A program made the position numbers and the translations under genes. A DNA stretch of 64,000 bases, taken from assembly GCA_963769885.1 (NCBI GenBank), contig CAVYNH010000001.1, positions 1-64,000 of the forward strand, given 5' to 3'. Shown here piece after piece: positions 1 to 9,682 of the stretch. Under the pieces are notes generated by a model, which was not told where the DNA came from, did not search any database, and saw only the letters and a list, made by a program, of their open reading frames with translations. Within the stretch, counting starts at the first letter, position 1; each line of letters starts with the position of its first letter. Source of the stretch: Methanobacteriota archaeon (lineage in GTDB: Archaea; Thermoplasmatota; E2; DHVEG-1).

Positions 1-755
1 TCGGTCTTCTTAATCTCTAAAGCGGCGTTGACCAAGGCGATCTTGGCGTTGTGGACGTGCTTGGGCATGCCTTCGTGGACGCGTTCCTTGTCGAGGATGA
101 TGCCCTTGATGATCTTGGTATCGTTGATGCTACCGCCCTGTTTCTTCTGGATCTGGATGTTGTCCATGTCGACTTCGGTGCGTCCATCGATTTTCTCGGC
201 GACGCTGGTGACCGCGTCGACGACGACGTCGGAGAGGATTGCTTTTGCGGAGCTGGCTCCCTTGCTGGCCATGGAGGTCATGGCGATGTTCTTCAGCGTT
301 TTTTTGTCGTTGGGCTTGATCGGGATCGCCATCTTGTTGAGGATTTCGACCGCCTTTATGGCCGCCTTCTGGTATCCGCCCGTGATGACGGTGGGATGGA
401 TGTTCTGTTCGATGAGCTCGCCGGCGTTGCGAAGGAGTTCTCCGGTGAGGATCACGGCGGTGGTGGTGCCGTCGCCGCATTGTTCGTCTTGGGCTTTGGC
501 GACTTCGACGATCATTTTTGCGGCGGGGTGTTCGACGTCGATTTCTTTGAGGATGGTGGCGCCGTCGTTGGTGATGACGACGTCGCCCATGGAGTCGACG
601 AGCATCTTGTCCATGCCTTTGGGTCCGAGCGTGGATTTCACGGCGTCGGAGATTGCGCGGGCTGCCATGATGTTGTTGAGTTGGGCGCCTTTGCCTTTTT
701 CGCGTTTCGTGCCTTCTTTAAGGATGATTATGGGTGTCTGTCCTCCAGCCATCAT
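1..755 (-). CDS. Thermosome subunit, 5' part (mirror copy, runs off the window edge)
   Basis: Reverse complement of 18692-19446 (MMAGGQTPIIILKEG...GDGTTT). Confidence 0.9.
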   Translation of the reverse strand, partial: MMAGGQTPIIILKEGTKREKGKGAQLNNIMAARAISDAVKSTLGPKGMDKMLVDSMGDVVITNDGATILKEIDVEHPAAKMIVEVAKAQDEQCGDGTTTAVILTGELLRNAGELIEQNIHPTVITGGYQKAAIKAVEILNKMAIPIKPNDKKTLKNIAMTSMASKGASSAKAILSDVVVDAVTSVAEKIDGRTEVDMDNIQIQKKQGGSINDTKIIKGIILDKERVHEGMPKHVHNAKIALVNAALEIKKT

Positions 756-892
756 ACTGTTCTATGCCTCCTTTATAAGTAGGTTAAAAGCATTCCCAGC
801 ATATGGACACTTCTATATAAACCTATCTGAACAGGGTGCTGTGTAATACTGTAGTGGAAATTTAGTAGTGGAAAATCTGTAGTGGTATCAGA

Positions 893-2334
893 TTAGAAAC
901 CCATTTCTAATAATTCTTTTACTGATCTTAATGTAATATCTATATTCTCGCTTTTTATTCTTGCAACCTCTTCAAAAGCATCTTTAGTAAAACTAAAAGC
1001 AATAACTATGCCTTTATTGGTTTTAGCTCGCTTCATTGATGCCTCAAAATTATCTACTATGGGTCTTCCTACTTTATCCATTTGTTTTGCTTGGAGAACT
1101 GTTCCATCAATAGTATATCCATCAATACCCATGTCTTTTGCTTTCTTCGTCTGAATAGCGAAAAGAACATCACATACCCAGTTTTCAAACTCGAAAGGAT
1201 GCAATTTTCTAAGATCATCTTCTGTCTTTGGGAGTCCAATTATAGGAATGTTTTTCACGACAAACAATCCCATTTTTTTTACATTTCCCATACGATTTTT
1301 TATGACATTACATGCAGTAGGTGAAATATCAATACCAATCCATTTTCTCCTCAAATAATGTGCTGCAACGATAGTCGTACCACAGCCACAGAAAGGATCA
1401 AGTACAATGTCATTTTCATTTGAGGAAATCCGTATTATTCTTTCAAGTAAACGTTTTGGTTTTTGAGTTGGGTATTCCATCCATTCACTTTTTTCACTAT
1501 GTTTACCCATTCCACGCAACATAGAAATGTCAGTCCAAATGTCTTGAGGAGGTGTCCCCTTTGTTTCATCTAAATATCGCTTTTCATAAACCCTTCCATT
1601 CTTAGAATAAGCAAGACGTTTTTCTCTTTCCAATCTCCCCATCACCTCAACCGTATATTCCCAATGTCTCCCCTTTGGTGGATATTTTCCGTTCCATTTA
1701 TAATGCGCTGCCGTACCTTGCCTATCCCCAGGTGCGCTTATATCACCTTTATTGTATCGTCTTACATGTCCTTTTTCAATTTTTTTCCCAAGACGATTAA
1801 TAATATTTTTCGATGCAATTTCTTCATATTTATACCAAGTATCTGCGGTTTCTTCGCTAAGTGGAATGTATTCTTCTAATGCTTTGTTAAACGTGTACTC
1901 ATTTGATTTTGTATAAAATAAAATCGTATCATGCATAGCTCCATATTTATTGGTGAAACTTTGAGCATCTTTTCTTTTCCAAATTATTTCATTCTTAAAA
2001 TTATTATAACCAAAAATATCATCCATCACTATTTTGAGATAATGACTTGCATGACTATCGCAATGTAAATAAATCGACCCTTTACTGTCCAAAACACGAT
2101 GGCAAGTTCGAGTCTTTCCCTCATATATTCAATATAATGATGAATACCACCTTTCCATCGATCATCAAAGGCTTTTTTTTCGCTATTAGTGCCAAACACT
2201 ATATTATAAATCCTGCCACTTGAAAATGGTGGATCAAGATAAATTAAATTTACAAATCCTTCTGGAAATCGCCTCAATACATCAAGGCAATCTCCGCAGT
2301 AAATAGTATCGGTTTTTATTTGCATGTTTTCCAT
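893..2334 (-). pseudogene. DNA methyltransferase-Mrr-like fusion, mirror copy with a 1-bp deletion near 2105 (probably sequence error)
   Basis: ORFs 2029-2334 and 893-2092 together equal the intact 17112-18554. Confidence 0.85.
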
Positions 2335-2365
2335 TTTTAAATCTCCATTTGAATTATATAACTTT

Positions 2366-3527
2366 TCAATTCTGATTTTTAGCCTTTTGGTACTGAATTG
2401 ATTTTTTCATAAGTGTAAGCCATTTCTTTTTTCCTTCAATGGTTATCCCTGCTTCCTCACTCGGTGTTTTACCATCAAGTGTCTCATGTGGTTTAATGAA
2501 ATTGTAGTAAATCCTGTGCCCTTCAACGATAGGAGTTTTCTATCTTTATTCCTCTAATGCTTTTTCACGTTGCCGAATAGTCCCATGTAATCTTTCAACG
2601 TGGTTGTTATTTGGATGGTGCTTTAACCCTACATTCCATAGATGTTCGGTTTCATCATATTAGTTATAAACTCTTTGTTAATCGCATTTTTATATGCTGG
2701 TAGACCATCGGTAACAATGTATTTCGGTTTTCGTCCACCGCGTTCTTTTTTGCTTTCTGGAATACCATACGTGCATCTCTAACATGTCGTTCTTTTGATA
2801 CCACACTTGCTAATTGAAAACGTGTATTTTCATCCATGACATTCCAGAGGTACTCCCATGAGCCATCTATTTTAACCATCATTTCATCAGTATGCCATAC
2901 ATCCCCAATATCAGGTTGTATTTCATTGACGTATTCATTCATTATCCCTACATATTTTTCAATCCAATTGTAAACTGATTTATGGCAAATATTCAGATCA
3001 TAGAACTGTTTTAGATGTTGGCAGATTTTCCTGAGTGATATTCCTTTGAAATACAGATCAAGCGTTAATGCGATTATCTTAGGGTTATATTTCATATTCT
3101 CAAAATCAATATTATTGACAAATCTTCGATTACAGGTCTTACAGAAATAGACTTGTTTACTATTTTTCATCCCATATTTTGTCACTTCTGTTGAATGACA
3201 AAACTTACAGCAATCAACATCAATATCTGTTAACGTAATTTTCTGTTTCACTTTGAGATGTATTTGTTCAAATTTCTCTTTCAGGTTCTTCCATATCTTA
3301 ACCGCATTGATGTGTTTACAAGGTATTCCTCTTAGTTCAAAATCTGGACATGTACAATGCCAATACCGCATCTGTACATCAACTTGATATGTTCCATTTC
3401 CTGTCTGACTTGGCACTATCCACGTATGCGGATTAATCTCGGTTGGTTCTATTCCTTGTTTTAAAAGTGTCATGCCTCTAGCTTTTCTTGCGTTAACCAT
3501 TTCTTTAATATCTATTTTGTTGCCCAT
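2366..3527 (-). pseudogene. IS6/IS240-type DDE transposase with N-terminal SWIM and Zn-ribbon domains, frameshifted copy
   Basis: SWIM CTCPDF...CKHI; CxxC..CxxC ribbon; HTH (SLRKI...YNWI); WHTDE; TDG and NNHVERLHGT readable in shifted frames. Confidence 0.85.
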
Positions 3528-3685
3528 ATATTTCGCCAAGTTTTATAATACATTGTCAGTATATAAAGCTATCAGTTATCTTTATATATATAATAACCGT
3601 TTATGTGCAACATCAACGTACAACATAACTATGCACAAGGTATGTGCATCTTAATGTTGTATATAAAATTACAAGGAGAAAAACA

Positions 3686-4177
3686 ATGGATGACGCAATA
3701 AATAGAAGTCAAATCGGATTTTCAAAAGAGGAATTAAAAAAAATGTCTCCCGAAGATAGAAAAAGATTTGCTCGTTCAATCATATTAAAAGTTGTTAAAG
3801 ATAATCCACAAGGAATTAGTTTACCTCAAGTATCTGATGTTGCAGGGATTGATCGCAGAACAGCATCTAAACATTTAGATTACCTTACAGCGATCAGAGA
3901 GTTGTATAGGCGACAGTTTAGTCAAAGAAATTTCCTCTATTATCCTAATGGAAAAGTAGCCCATCCAACTTTAATAAAAGATGTAAAAATAGGTGAAAAA
4001 TATTATAACTTTCAATTGATCGAAAACCCTTTTGGTAAATTTGTGTATATCCAAGAAAAAACAAGAGATGAATACAATATTTTTACCATTGTCGGAGGAT
4101 TGATGTTAAATGCAAACCAACTCGATGAACTAATATTACATTTAAAAAATATTAAAAAAGAGGTCGATAGCATATGA
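3686..4177 (+). CDS. Winged-HTH protein with a C-terminal PUR/DUF3276-like nucleic-acid-binding domain
   Basis: ILKVVKDNPQGISLPQVSDVAGIDRRTASKHLDYL (wHTH); GEKYYNFQLIENPFGKFVYIQEK resembles a PUR repeat; aggag RBS; ATGA overlap with the next gene. Confidence 0.65.
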   Translation: MDDAINRSQIGFSKEELKKMSPEDRKRFARSIILKVVKDNPQGISLPQVSDVAGIDRRTASKHLDYLTAIRELYRRQFSQRNFLYYPNGKVAHPTLIKDVKIGEKYYNFQLIENPFGKFVYIQEKTRDEYNIFTIVGGLMLNANQLDELILHLKNIKKEVDSI

Positions 4178-5475
4178 AAGAAAAAGTAAAAAGATCAACC
4201 CAAGTGATGATCTATCCTGAAAAGAAAGTAAACAACGCAAGAATTACAACGATCAATTTAAACAATAAAACAATCAAAACACCCTGTTATATCCCTAAGA
4301 TAAGAACATCAAAAGAACTTGACATAATTATTGATGAAAAGAAAATAAATGACTATTTCCAAGGAATATTTTTTGATATATTAAATGTATCATCATTGAA
4401 CAGAGAGAAAACAATATTCAATCCTAAACAAACACGTTTAATCCCAATGATTTCCTATGATTTTAAAACCTTAAAAGGCATCCTCCCTGTTTTCATTGAT
4501 CCAAACACGGAATATCTTTATCTAAACAACAAGCAAAAAAGAACGCAATATAAAAATCTCCCGTCACTCCCACAAAAAATTTCTGATTTTTTAACCAAAT
4601 CAACATATGCGAATTATACTAAGATGTGGCAACAACTGTATAACTCAGGAGATACTACTACAGTCATCAACTGGAATGTAAGAGAACAAAATAAATATCA
4701 ACCTGATGCGATAGTACCATTCGTACCATTTATCGAGGGTGAAAACTCCCCTCTAATAGATATAGCAATTGATGTAAATAAAAAATCCGCTTTCACTATA
4801 GCGGATACCTTTGGTCTTGAACCATCTTTCTATTTTAACCTCAATTATTCAGCATTACGGAATTTAGATCAACTTAAAAAAATCACAGATTTCTTAATGG
4901 ACGTAGACGGAGAATATGAGAACGTAAAAATCATTTTCATCAAAATAAAATACTTCCCTCTGAATGATACCGATGTAAGAAGAAACCTCGGAACATTTGC
5001 CAAGTCTATTCAGGAAGCGGCTGAATTTAACAATAAATTTACTTTCTTGATAGATGCGGATGCATATGCCATACCATGTATATCCACTGGATTTGACGGT
5101 TTCATCGAACCATTAAATGGTTACATTAATGATTATGGCGGTAGCGGTAAATCTTCAAAATTCAGATCATATTATGACAGAAAACGAATGGAATTGGTAA
5201 AAGCAAATAAGATTAAAAATAAACCGTTAAAATGCGGTTGCCCCCGATGTTCAAAGATTAATGAAGTATATGGTGGCGCATTTTTTAACAAGATAGACCC
5301 GCATCTATGGAGTGCATGGAGTAAGGAACATTTGTTCTACAGTAGATGCCAAGAAGTAAAAGAAGTCAGGGACGCAATAAATGACAACGGCATAGCCAGG
5401 ATACAGGATAAATTCATCAACTCCTCCAAAAAAGATTTCATTGAAATTCTTGGTTACTACACTGATGGAGATTAA
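4174..5475 (+). CDS. Divergent tRNA-guanine transglycosylase (TGT/DpdA)-fold protein
   Basis: N-terminal ARITTINLNNKTIKTPCYIP resembles TGT ARxGxlxTxxGxIxTPxFMP; C-terminal CGCPRC...H...EVRDAI Zn site typical of TGT. Confidence 0.7.
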   Translation: MKEKVKRSTQVMIYPEKKVNNARITTINLNNKTIKTPCYIPKIRTSKELDIIIDEKKINDYFQGIFFDILNVSSLNREKTIFNPKQTRLIPMISYDFKTLKGILPVFIDPNTEYLYLNNKQKRTQYKNLPSLPQKISDFLTKSTYANYTKMWQQLYNSGDTTTVINWNVREQNKYQPDAIVPFVPFIEGENSPLIDIAIDVNKKSAFTIADTFGLEPSFYFNLNYSALRNLDQLKKITDFLMDVDGEYENVKIIFIKIKYFPLNDTDVRRNLGTFAKSIQEAAEFNNKFTFLIDADAYAIPCISTGFDGFIEPLNGYINDYGGSGKSSKFRSYYDRKRMELVKANKIKNKPLKCGCPRCSKINEVYGGAFFNKIDPHLWSAWSKEHLFYSRCQEVKEVRDAINDNGIARIQDKFINSSKKDFIEILGYYTDGD

Positions 5476-5672
5476 AACAGATTAAATTTTTTACCATCCC
5501 TATCGAAAAAACTACATAAGTTTTTTGGCGAAACATATGAGCTTAATGATAGGGATGGCAAGAACATCAATGTCATTTGTTTTTAAAATAGTTTGCAAAC
5601 CTAAAATACACAAAATATTTAAAAAATAAAAAATTACATACATTCAGAAGAATAGAGATAGAGGACATATTT

Positions 5673-6182
5673 ATGTGTGAAAAAGAAATAAGACAATACA
5701 ATTCAATTATTTCAATTTGGGAAAGATGGGATAAAGGATATTGGGACTCATTTCATTTTTATATTATTGTCATATCCTTATTATTCGCAGGCTATTCTCA
5801 AATAATAAATAAAATAAATATTGCAGCAGTAATAGTTTGTTTTACTGGTTTTATAATAAGTATTTTCTGGTTCTTTATTTTGCATAGAAAATATGCCCAT
5901 ATTCTTATAGCAGAAAATGAAGGAAGAAAATTAGAGACTAAAATATTCACAGATTGTAATGGTTGTTTTACTTCAAATAAAAATTTTAAGAAAGGAACAT
6001 ATAACGAAATTGATGAAGCTTTAGGTTGTAGAAAATTCTTAACAAAAATAAGTTCTGGTTTAATTGTATCATTTTTTGTACCATTAACATTTACCATAAT
6101 CTGGTTAACATTAATGATTATAACAACAGTTCATTGGATAATTAAGGATGTCTGTCCTTTCATCATATCAGTTATAACATAA
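5673..6182 (+). CDS. Small membrane protein (about 3 TM helices), transposon cargo
   Basis: Hydrophobic segments; gagga RBS; stop codon abuts the subterminal repeats. Confidence 0.7.
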   Translation: MCEKEIRQYNSIISIWERWDKGYWDSFHFYIIVISLLFAGYSQIINKINIAAVIVCFTGFIISIFWFFILHRKYAHILIAENEGRKLETKIFTDCNGCFTSNKNFKKGTYNEIDEALGCRKFLTKISSGLIVSFFVPLTFTIIWLTLMIITTVHWIIKDVCPFIISVIT

Positions 6183-6240
6183 CCATCTAAATTTCCCACT
6201 ACTGATTTCCCACTACAGTATTACACAGAACCCTGAACAG

Positions 6241-6292
6241 GGTTCTGTGTAACCGTGGTTTGGGCAGTTTAGACTGGGAAATCTAGGTTGGT
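6241..6292 (+). mobile_element. Terminus of a second related IS6-like element (mirror of 13159-13210)
   Basis: GGTTCTGTGTAA immediately follows the TSD, then diverged 14-bp-periodic TGGG repeats. Confidence 0.7.
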
Positions 6293-6375
6293 TTCTCCGA
6301 GAGTCGCTGATAAAAGGAAAATGATAAAACAAACAAGATGATGTAGATTTGCTTTCAAATTTAAAGGAGGTAAAT

Positions 6376-6657
6376 ATGGGTGTTGAAGCTTATAAAGAAT
6401 GCAGAGGCTTGGTAGAATCCTATGTTTGTAATAGAGGAACGACTATACAACGTGCTATAAAAAACATAAACACAAGACTGAAAAAAGCAAAATTAACCGA
6501 TCAAGATATTGAAAAAATTCTTGCGGAAGTCAATAAAAATAATGTATCTGATTTTGAAAATTCAACTGCTTTCCCCAATCTTTTTCAAGAAAGAAAACAA
6601 AGATTTGAACTCATAGAGAAAGAACTACAACAATTATTGAATATACATCTAGCTTAG
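6376..6657 (+). CDS. Hypothetical protein, 93 aa
   Basis: ggagg RBS, ATG at 6376, open frame. Confidence 0.6.
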   Translation: MGVEAYKECRGLVESYVCNRGTTIQRAIKNINTRLKKAKLTDQDIEKILAEVNKNNVSDFENSTAFPNLFQERKQRFELIEKELQQLLNIHLA

Positions 6658-6703
6658 TTTTAGGTCCTACCGGAATTGAAGAATACTATTTCCCAAAGTA
6701 TAA

Positions 6704-6856
6704 GGGCCTGGTTCATAATTCGTTTCTCCTGTTGAACAAATCGTAAAGAATCTTGTGAGCTGCTGCTTTCCTGCTTCTTTTCTTCCAAATCACGCGCACT
6801 CTAGAATCAACAGTCTTTTAGACAATTTCTCCTGTTGGGAATTATGAACCAAGCCC
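6704..6856. mobile_element. MITE or internally deleted IS: 153 bp, 18-bp TIR, 9-bp TSD aaagtataa
   Basis: GGGCCTGGTTCATAATTC ... GAATTATGAACCAAGCCC; TSD at 6695-6703 and 6857-6865. Confidence 0.85.
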
Positions 6857-7018
6857 AAAGTATAAACGAAAGGATGGGAATTTTAGTTTTACAAATCCTT
6901 TTAACAAGCCGATGGATAAACAGTATTGGTTTCCCCGTATTGCGTCGTTCACCAAACTACGCTCAGTAGAAGACTTCTGATAAGTCAGGCTTTCTACCAG
7001 GGGAGACGGGAAAAAAAT

Positions 7019-7342
7019 ATGGTCGAAGAAACAACAGAGAAGAGAACAGCTGAAAAAGGAAGAACCGATGAAAACGTGATATATGTTGGAAAGAAACCCC
7101 CAATGAGCTATGTGCTTGCAATAGTAACACAGTTCAATAGTGGATCAGATGAAGTAATAATAAAAGCTAGAGGCAGAACGATTAGCACAGCAGTCGATGC
7201 TGCAGAAATAACCAGGAACCGGTTTGTCACAGACGTGAAAGTCAAAGACATAAAAATTAGTACTGAAAGTATCACCAATGAGGAAGGGAGAACCTCGAAT
7301 GTATCTTCAATGGAAATCTGCTTAACGAAAAAGAAAAAATAA
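7019..7342 (+). CDS. albA: DNA/RNA-binding protein Alba (mirror copy)
   Basis: [15 protein letters not shown]...[17 protein letters not shown]. Confidence 0.95.
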   Translation: MVEETTEKRTAEKGRTDENVIYVGKKPPMSYVLAIVTQFNSGSDEVIIKARGRTISTAVDAAEITRNRFVTDVKVKDIKISTESITNEEGRTSNVSSMEICLTKKKK

Positions 7343-7387
7343 AGAAGTAATTGAAAAATAAGAGAAGAAAAAAAAGAGGGATATGGA

Positions 7388-9682
7388 CTAATATTGTAGT
7401 CCTAATCTTTGGATTATTTTTTGTAGGATTGGGAACAGATTAGGATGATTCTCTACGAACCTTAGGAATGGTACGTGAGTATATGCTTTGTTTGTAGGCA
7501 TAGTCACTGACAATGTCGACTCTGGACCTATTAAACCATTAACATCCTCAGCTCTTGCTTTGATAAAATAAGTCCCTCGACTACTCCAAGTGTGTGATAC
7601 CGTTACATCTGTACCAGATGGACTAAAAGCAGTCGTATCAGAGGTATTATCACCCCACTCAATGATGTAACGAACTTGATCTCCATCTGGATCTACTGCG
7701 TTGAATATATAGTTATACCCTATTCCTACTATTCCACTTGTTGGACCATTTATTGTTGGTGCATTTGGAGGATTTCCACCGCCACCGGTGAACTTTGCCA
7801 CAAAAGCATCTCCACCGCCGTTGTAGATTCTGTCGTAGGCTCCTAGTGTCGTCGGAAAATCAGAAGAATAGGTTGCACCGGTGATGGAGGCTTCCCCATC
7901 ATCAATCGCAATATCATGGCCATAATCATAATAGGTTCCGCCGAGGTAGGTACTGTAGATAAGGATGTTACCACCAGGGGAAAGCTTCGACACAAAAACA
8001 TCTCCACCGCCGTTGTAGGTGGTGTCGTAGGCTCCTAGTGTCGTCGGGAAATTAGAAGAATTGGTGCCACCGGTGATGTAGGCGTTCCCACCAGCAACCG
8101 CAATACAATAGCCCCGATCAATATCAGTTCCGCCGAGGTATGTACTATAGTTAAGGGAGTTACCAGTACTGAGTAACTTTGTCACAAAAGCATCTCCACC
8201 GCCGTTGTAGGTGGTGTCGTAGGCTCCTAGTGTCGTCGGGAAATTAGAAGAATAGGTGTAACCGGTGATATAGGCGTTCCCATCAGCAACTGCAATACCA
8301 AGGCCCTCATCATTAAGGGTTCCGCCGAGGTAGGTACTGTAGATAAGGGAGCTGCCAGTACGGGGAAACTTTGTCACAAAAACATCATACCCGCCGTTGT
8401 AGGTGGGGTCGTAGGCTCCTAGTGTCGGGAAATTAGAAGAATTGGTGCCACCGGTGATGTAGGCGTTCCCATCAGCAACTGCAATACCATAGCCATAATC
8501 ATAACCTATTCCGCCGAGGTATGTACTGTAGGCAAGGGCGTTGCCAGCAGGGCGAAACTGTGTCACAAAAGCATCACTATAACCGTTGTAGGTGGTGTCG
8601 TAGGCGCCGGGTGTTATCGGAAAATCAAAATCAGAAGAATAGGTTGCACCGGTGATGGAGGCGTTCCCACCAGCAACTGCAATACCATAGCCATAATCAG
8701 AACTGGTTCCGCCGAGATAGGTACGATAGATAAGAATGCTACCATAAGGGGAAAGCTTAGTCACAAAAACATCACAATAACCGTTGTAGGTGGTGTCGTA
8801 GGCTCCTAGTGTCGTCGGAAAATCAGAAGACCAGGTGCCACCGGTGATGTAGGCGTTCCCATCATCAACCGCAATATCATGGCCCCGTTCATTATTGGTT
8901 CCGCCGAGGTAGGTACTGTAGATAAGGGCGTTACCAGCAAGGGGAAGCTTCGACACAAAAACATCATACTGGCCGTTGTAGGTTCTGTCGTAGGCTTGTG
9001 GTGTCGTCGGAAAATCAGGAGAATTGGTGTAACCGGTGATGTAGGCGTTCCCATCATCAACCGCAATACCAAGGCCCTCATCATAATAGGTTCCGCCGAG
9101 GTAGGTACTATACGCCAGCGTAGGGTCGATAACAAGTGGATACAACGGATTGTATTCATCCTCGATAGCAAAACCGAAACTATTTGGCTGTCTGGGTTCG
9201 TATCTTCCTATAATCCCTTGTTTTATGCCGTTGATTTCTTGGTATATCACCGGTGATTTCTCGGAAAATAGACCAAACCGGGTCTCTATCGCAAGGTCAC
9301 CATCTGATGTTACCCTCATGTTATCAACACCATCATATCGAATAAGAATCGTATCTGGGTCTCCACCAGAATAGACAATGAAATCGTATTTCAACGTGTT
9401 CTCAATGAAATGGTACTGTAAATCAATTCCAGGGTAGATACCCTTGTACACAACCTCTTGGTAATTCGGAACATCGGTATACCACTTCTCAGGGTTATTT
9501 CCAATGAAATAGTTGTTATTGTTAGGAAGTCGACGCTCACCGGTAACGACTGCACTGGGGTTTGCGCCAACAAACTCCGCGACCGTAGAAATCATCTCCA
9601 TCTGTTGCGGTTCTCTTACTTGTATTCGTTCCATCGGGTTTTTGTTATCCTTCAAATCGGCACTCTTAGAATCGTTTAATTC
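7388..9682 (-). CDS. SBBP-repeat beta-propeller/PKD surface protein, 5'-truncated at the fold-back
   Basis: Tandem YSTYLGG...AYITG.T.S.DFPTT.GAYD.TYNG..DVFV repeats; PKD-like WGD domain; amphipathic C-terminal tail. Confidence 0.85.
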   Translation of the reverse strand, partial: ELNDSKSADLKDNKNPMERIQVREPQQMEMISTVAEFVGANPSAVVTGERRLPNNNNYFIGNNPEKWYTDVPNYQEVVYKGIYPGIDLQYHFIENTLKYDFIVYSGGDPDTILIRYDGVDNMRVTSDGDLAIETRFGLFSEKSPVIYQEINGIKQGIIGRYEPRQPNSFGFAIEDEYNPLYPLVIDPTLAYSTYLGGTYYDEGLGIAVDDGNAYITGYTNSPDFPTTPQAYDRTYNGQYDVFVSKLPLAGNALIYSTYLGGTNNERGHDIAVDDGNAYITGGTWSSDFPTTLGAYDTTYNGYCDVFVTKLSPYGSILIYRTYLGGTSSDYGYGIAVAGGNASITGATYSSDFDFPITPGAYDTTYNGYSDAFVTQFRPAGNALAYSTYLGGIGYDYGYGIAVADGNAYITGGTNSSNFPTLGAYDPTYNGGYDVFVTKFPRTGSSLIYSTYLGGTLNDEGLGIAVADGNAYITGYTYSSNFPTTLGAYDTTYNGGGDAFVTKLLSTGNSLNYSTYLGGTDIDRGYCIAVAGGNAYITGGTNSSNFPTTLGAYDTTYNGGGDVFVSKLSPGGNILIYSTYLGGTYYDYGHDIAIDDGEASITGATYSSDFPTTLGAYDRIYNGGGDAFVAKFTGGGGNPPNAPTINGPTSGIVGIGYNYIFNAVDPDGDQVRYIIEWGDNTSDTTAFSPSGTDVTVSHTWSSRGTYFIKARAEDVNGLIGPESTLSVTMPTNKAYTHVPFLRFVENHPNLFPILQKIIQRLGLQY

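Larger units (their letters stand above)
835..6232. mobile_element. IS6-like cargo transposon, mirror copy; TSD ctgaacag at 827-834 and 6233-6240
   Basis: Left end GGTGCTGTGTAATACTGTAGTGGAAA; right end is the reverse complement of GGTTCTGTGTAATACTGTAGTGGGAAA; 8-bp direct repeat outside; DDE transposase inside. Confidence 0.85.

Noticed and set aside
7790-9120. Regular ~180-bp repeats (also 10330-11660) that could suggest a CRISPR array or DGR
   Set aside because: They are in-frame SBBP propeller repeats with no unique spacers, and no cas or reverse transcriptase gene is present.
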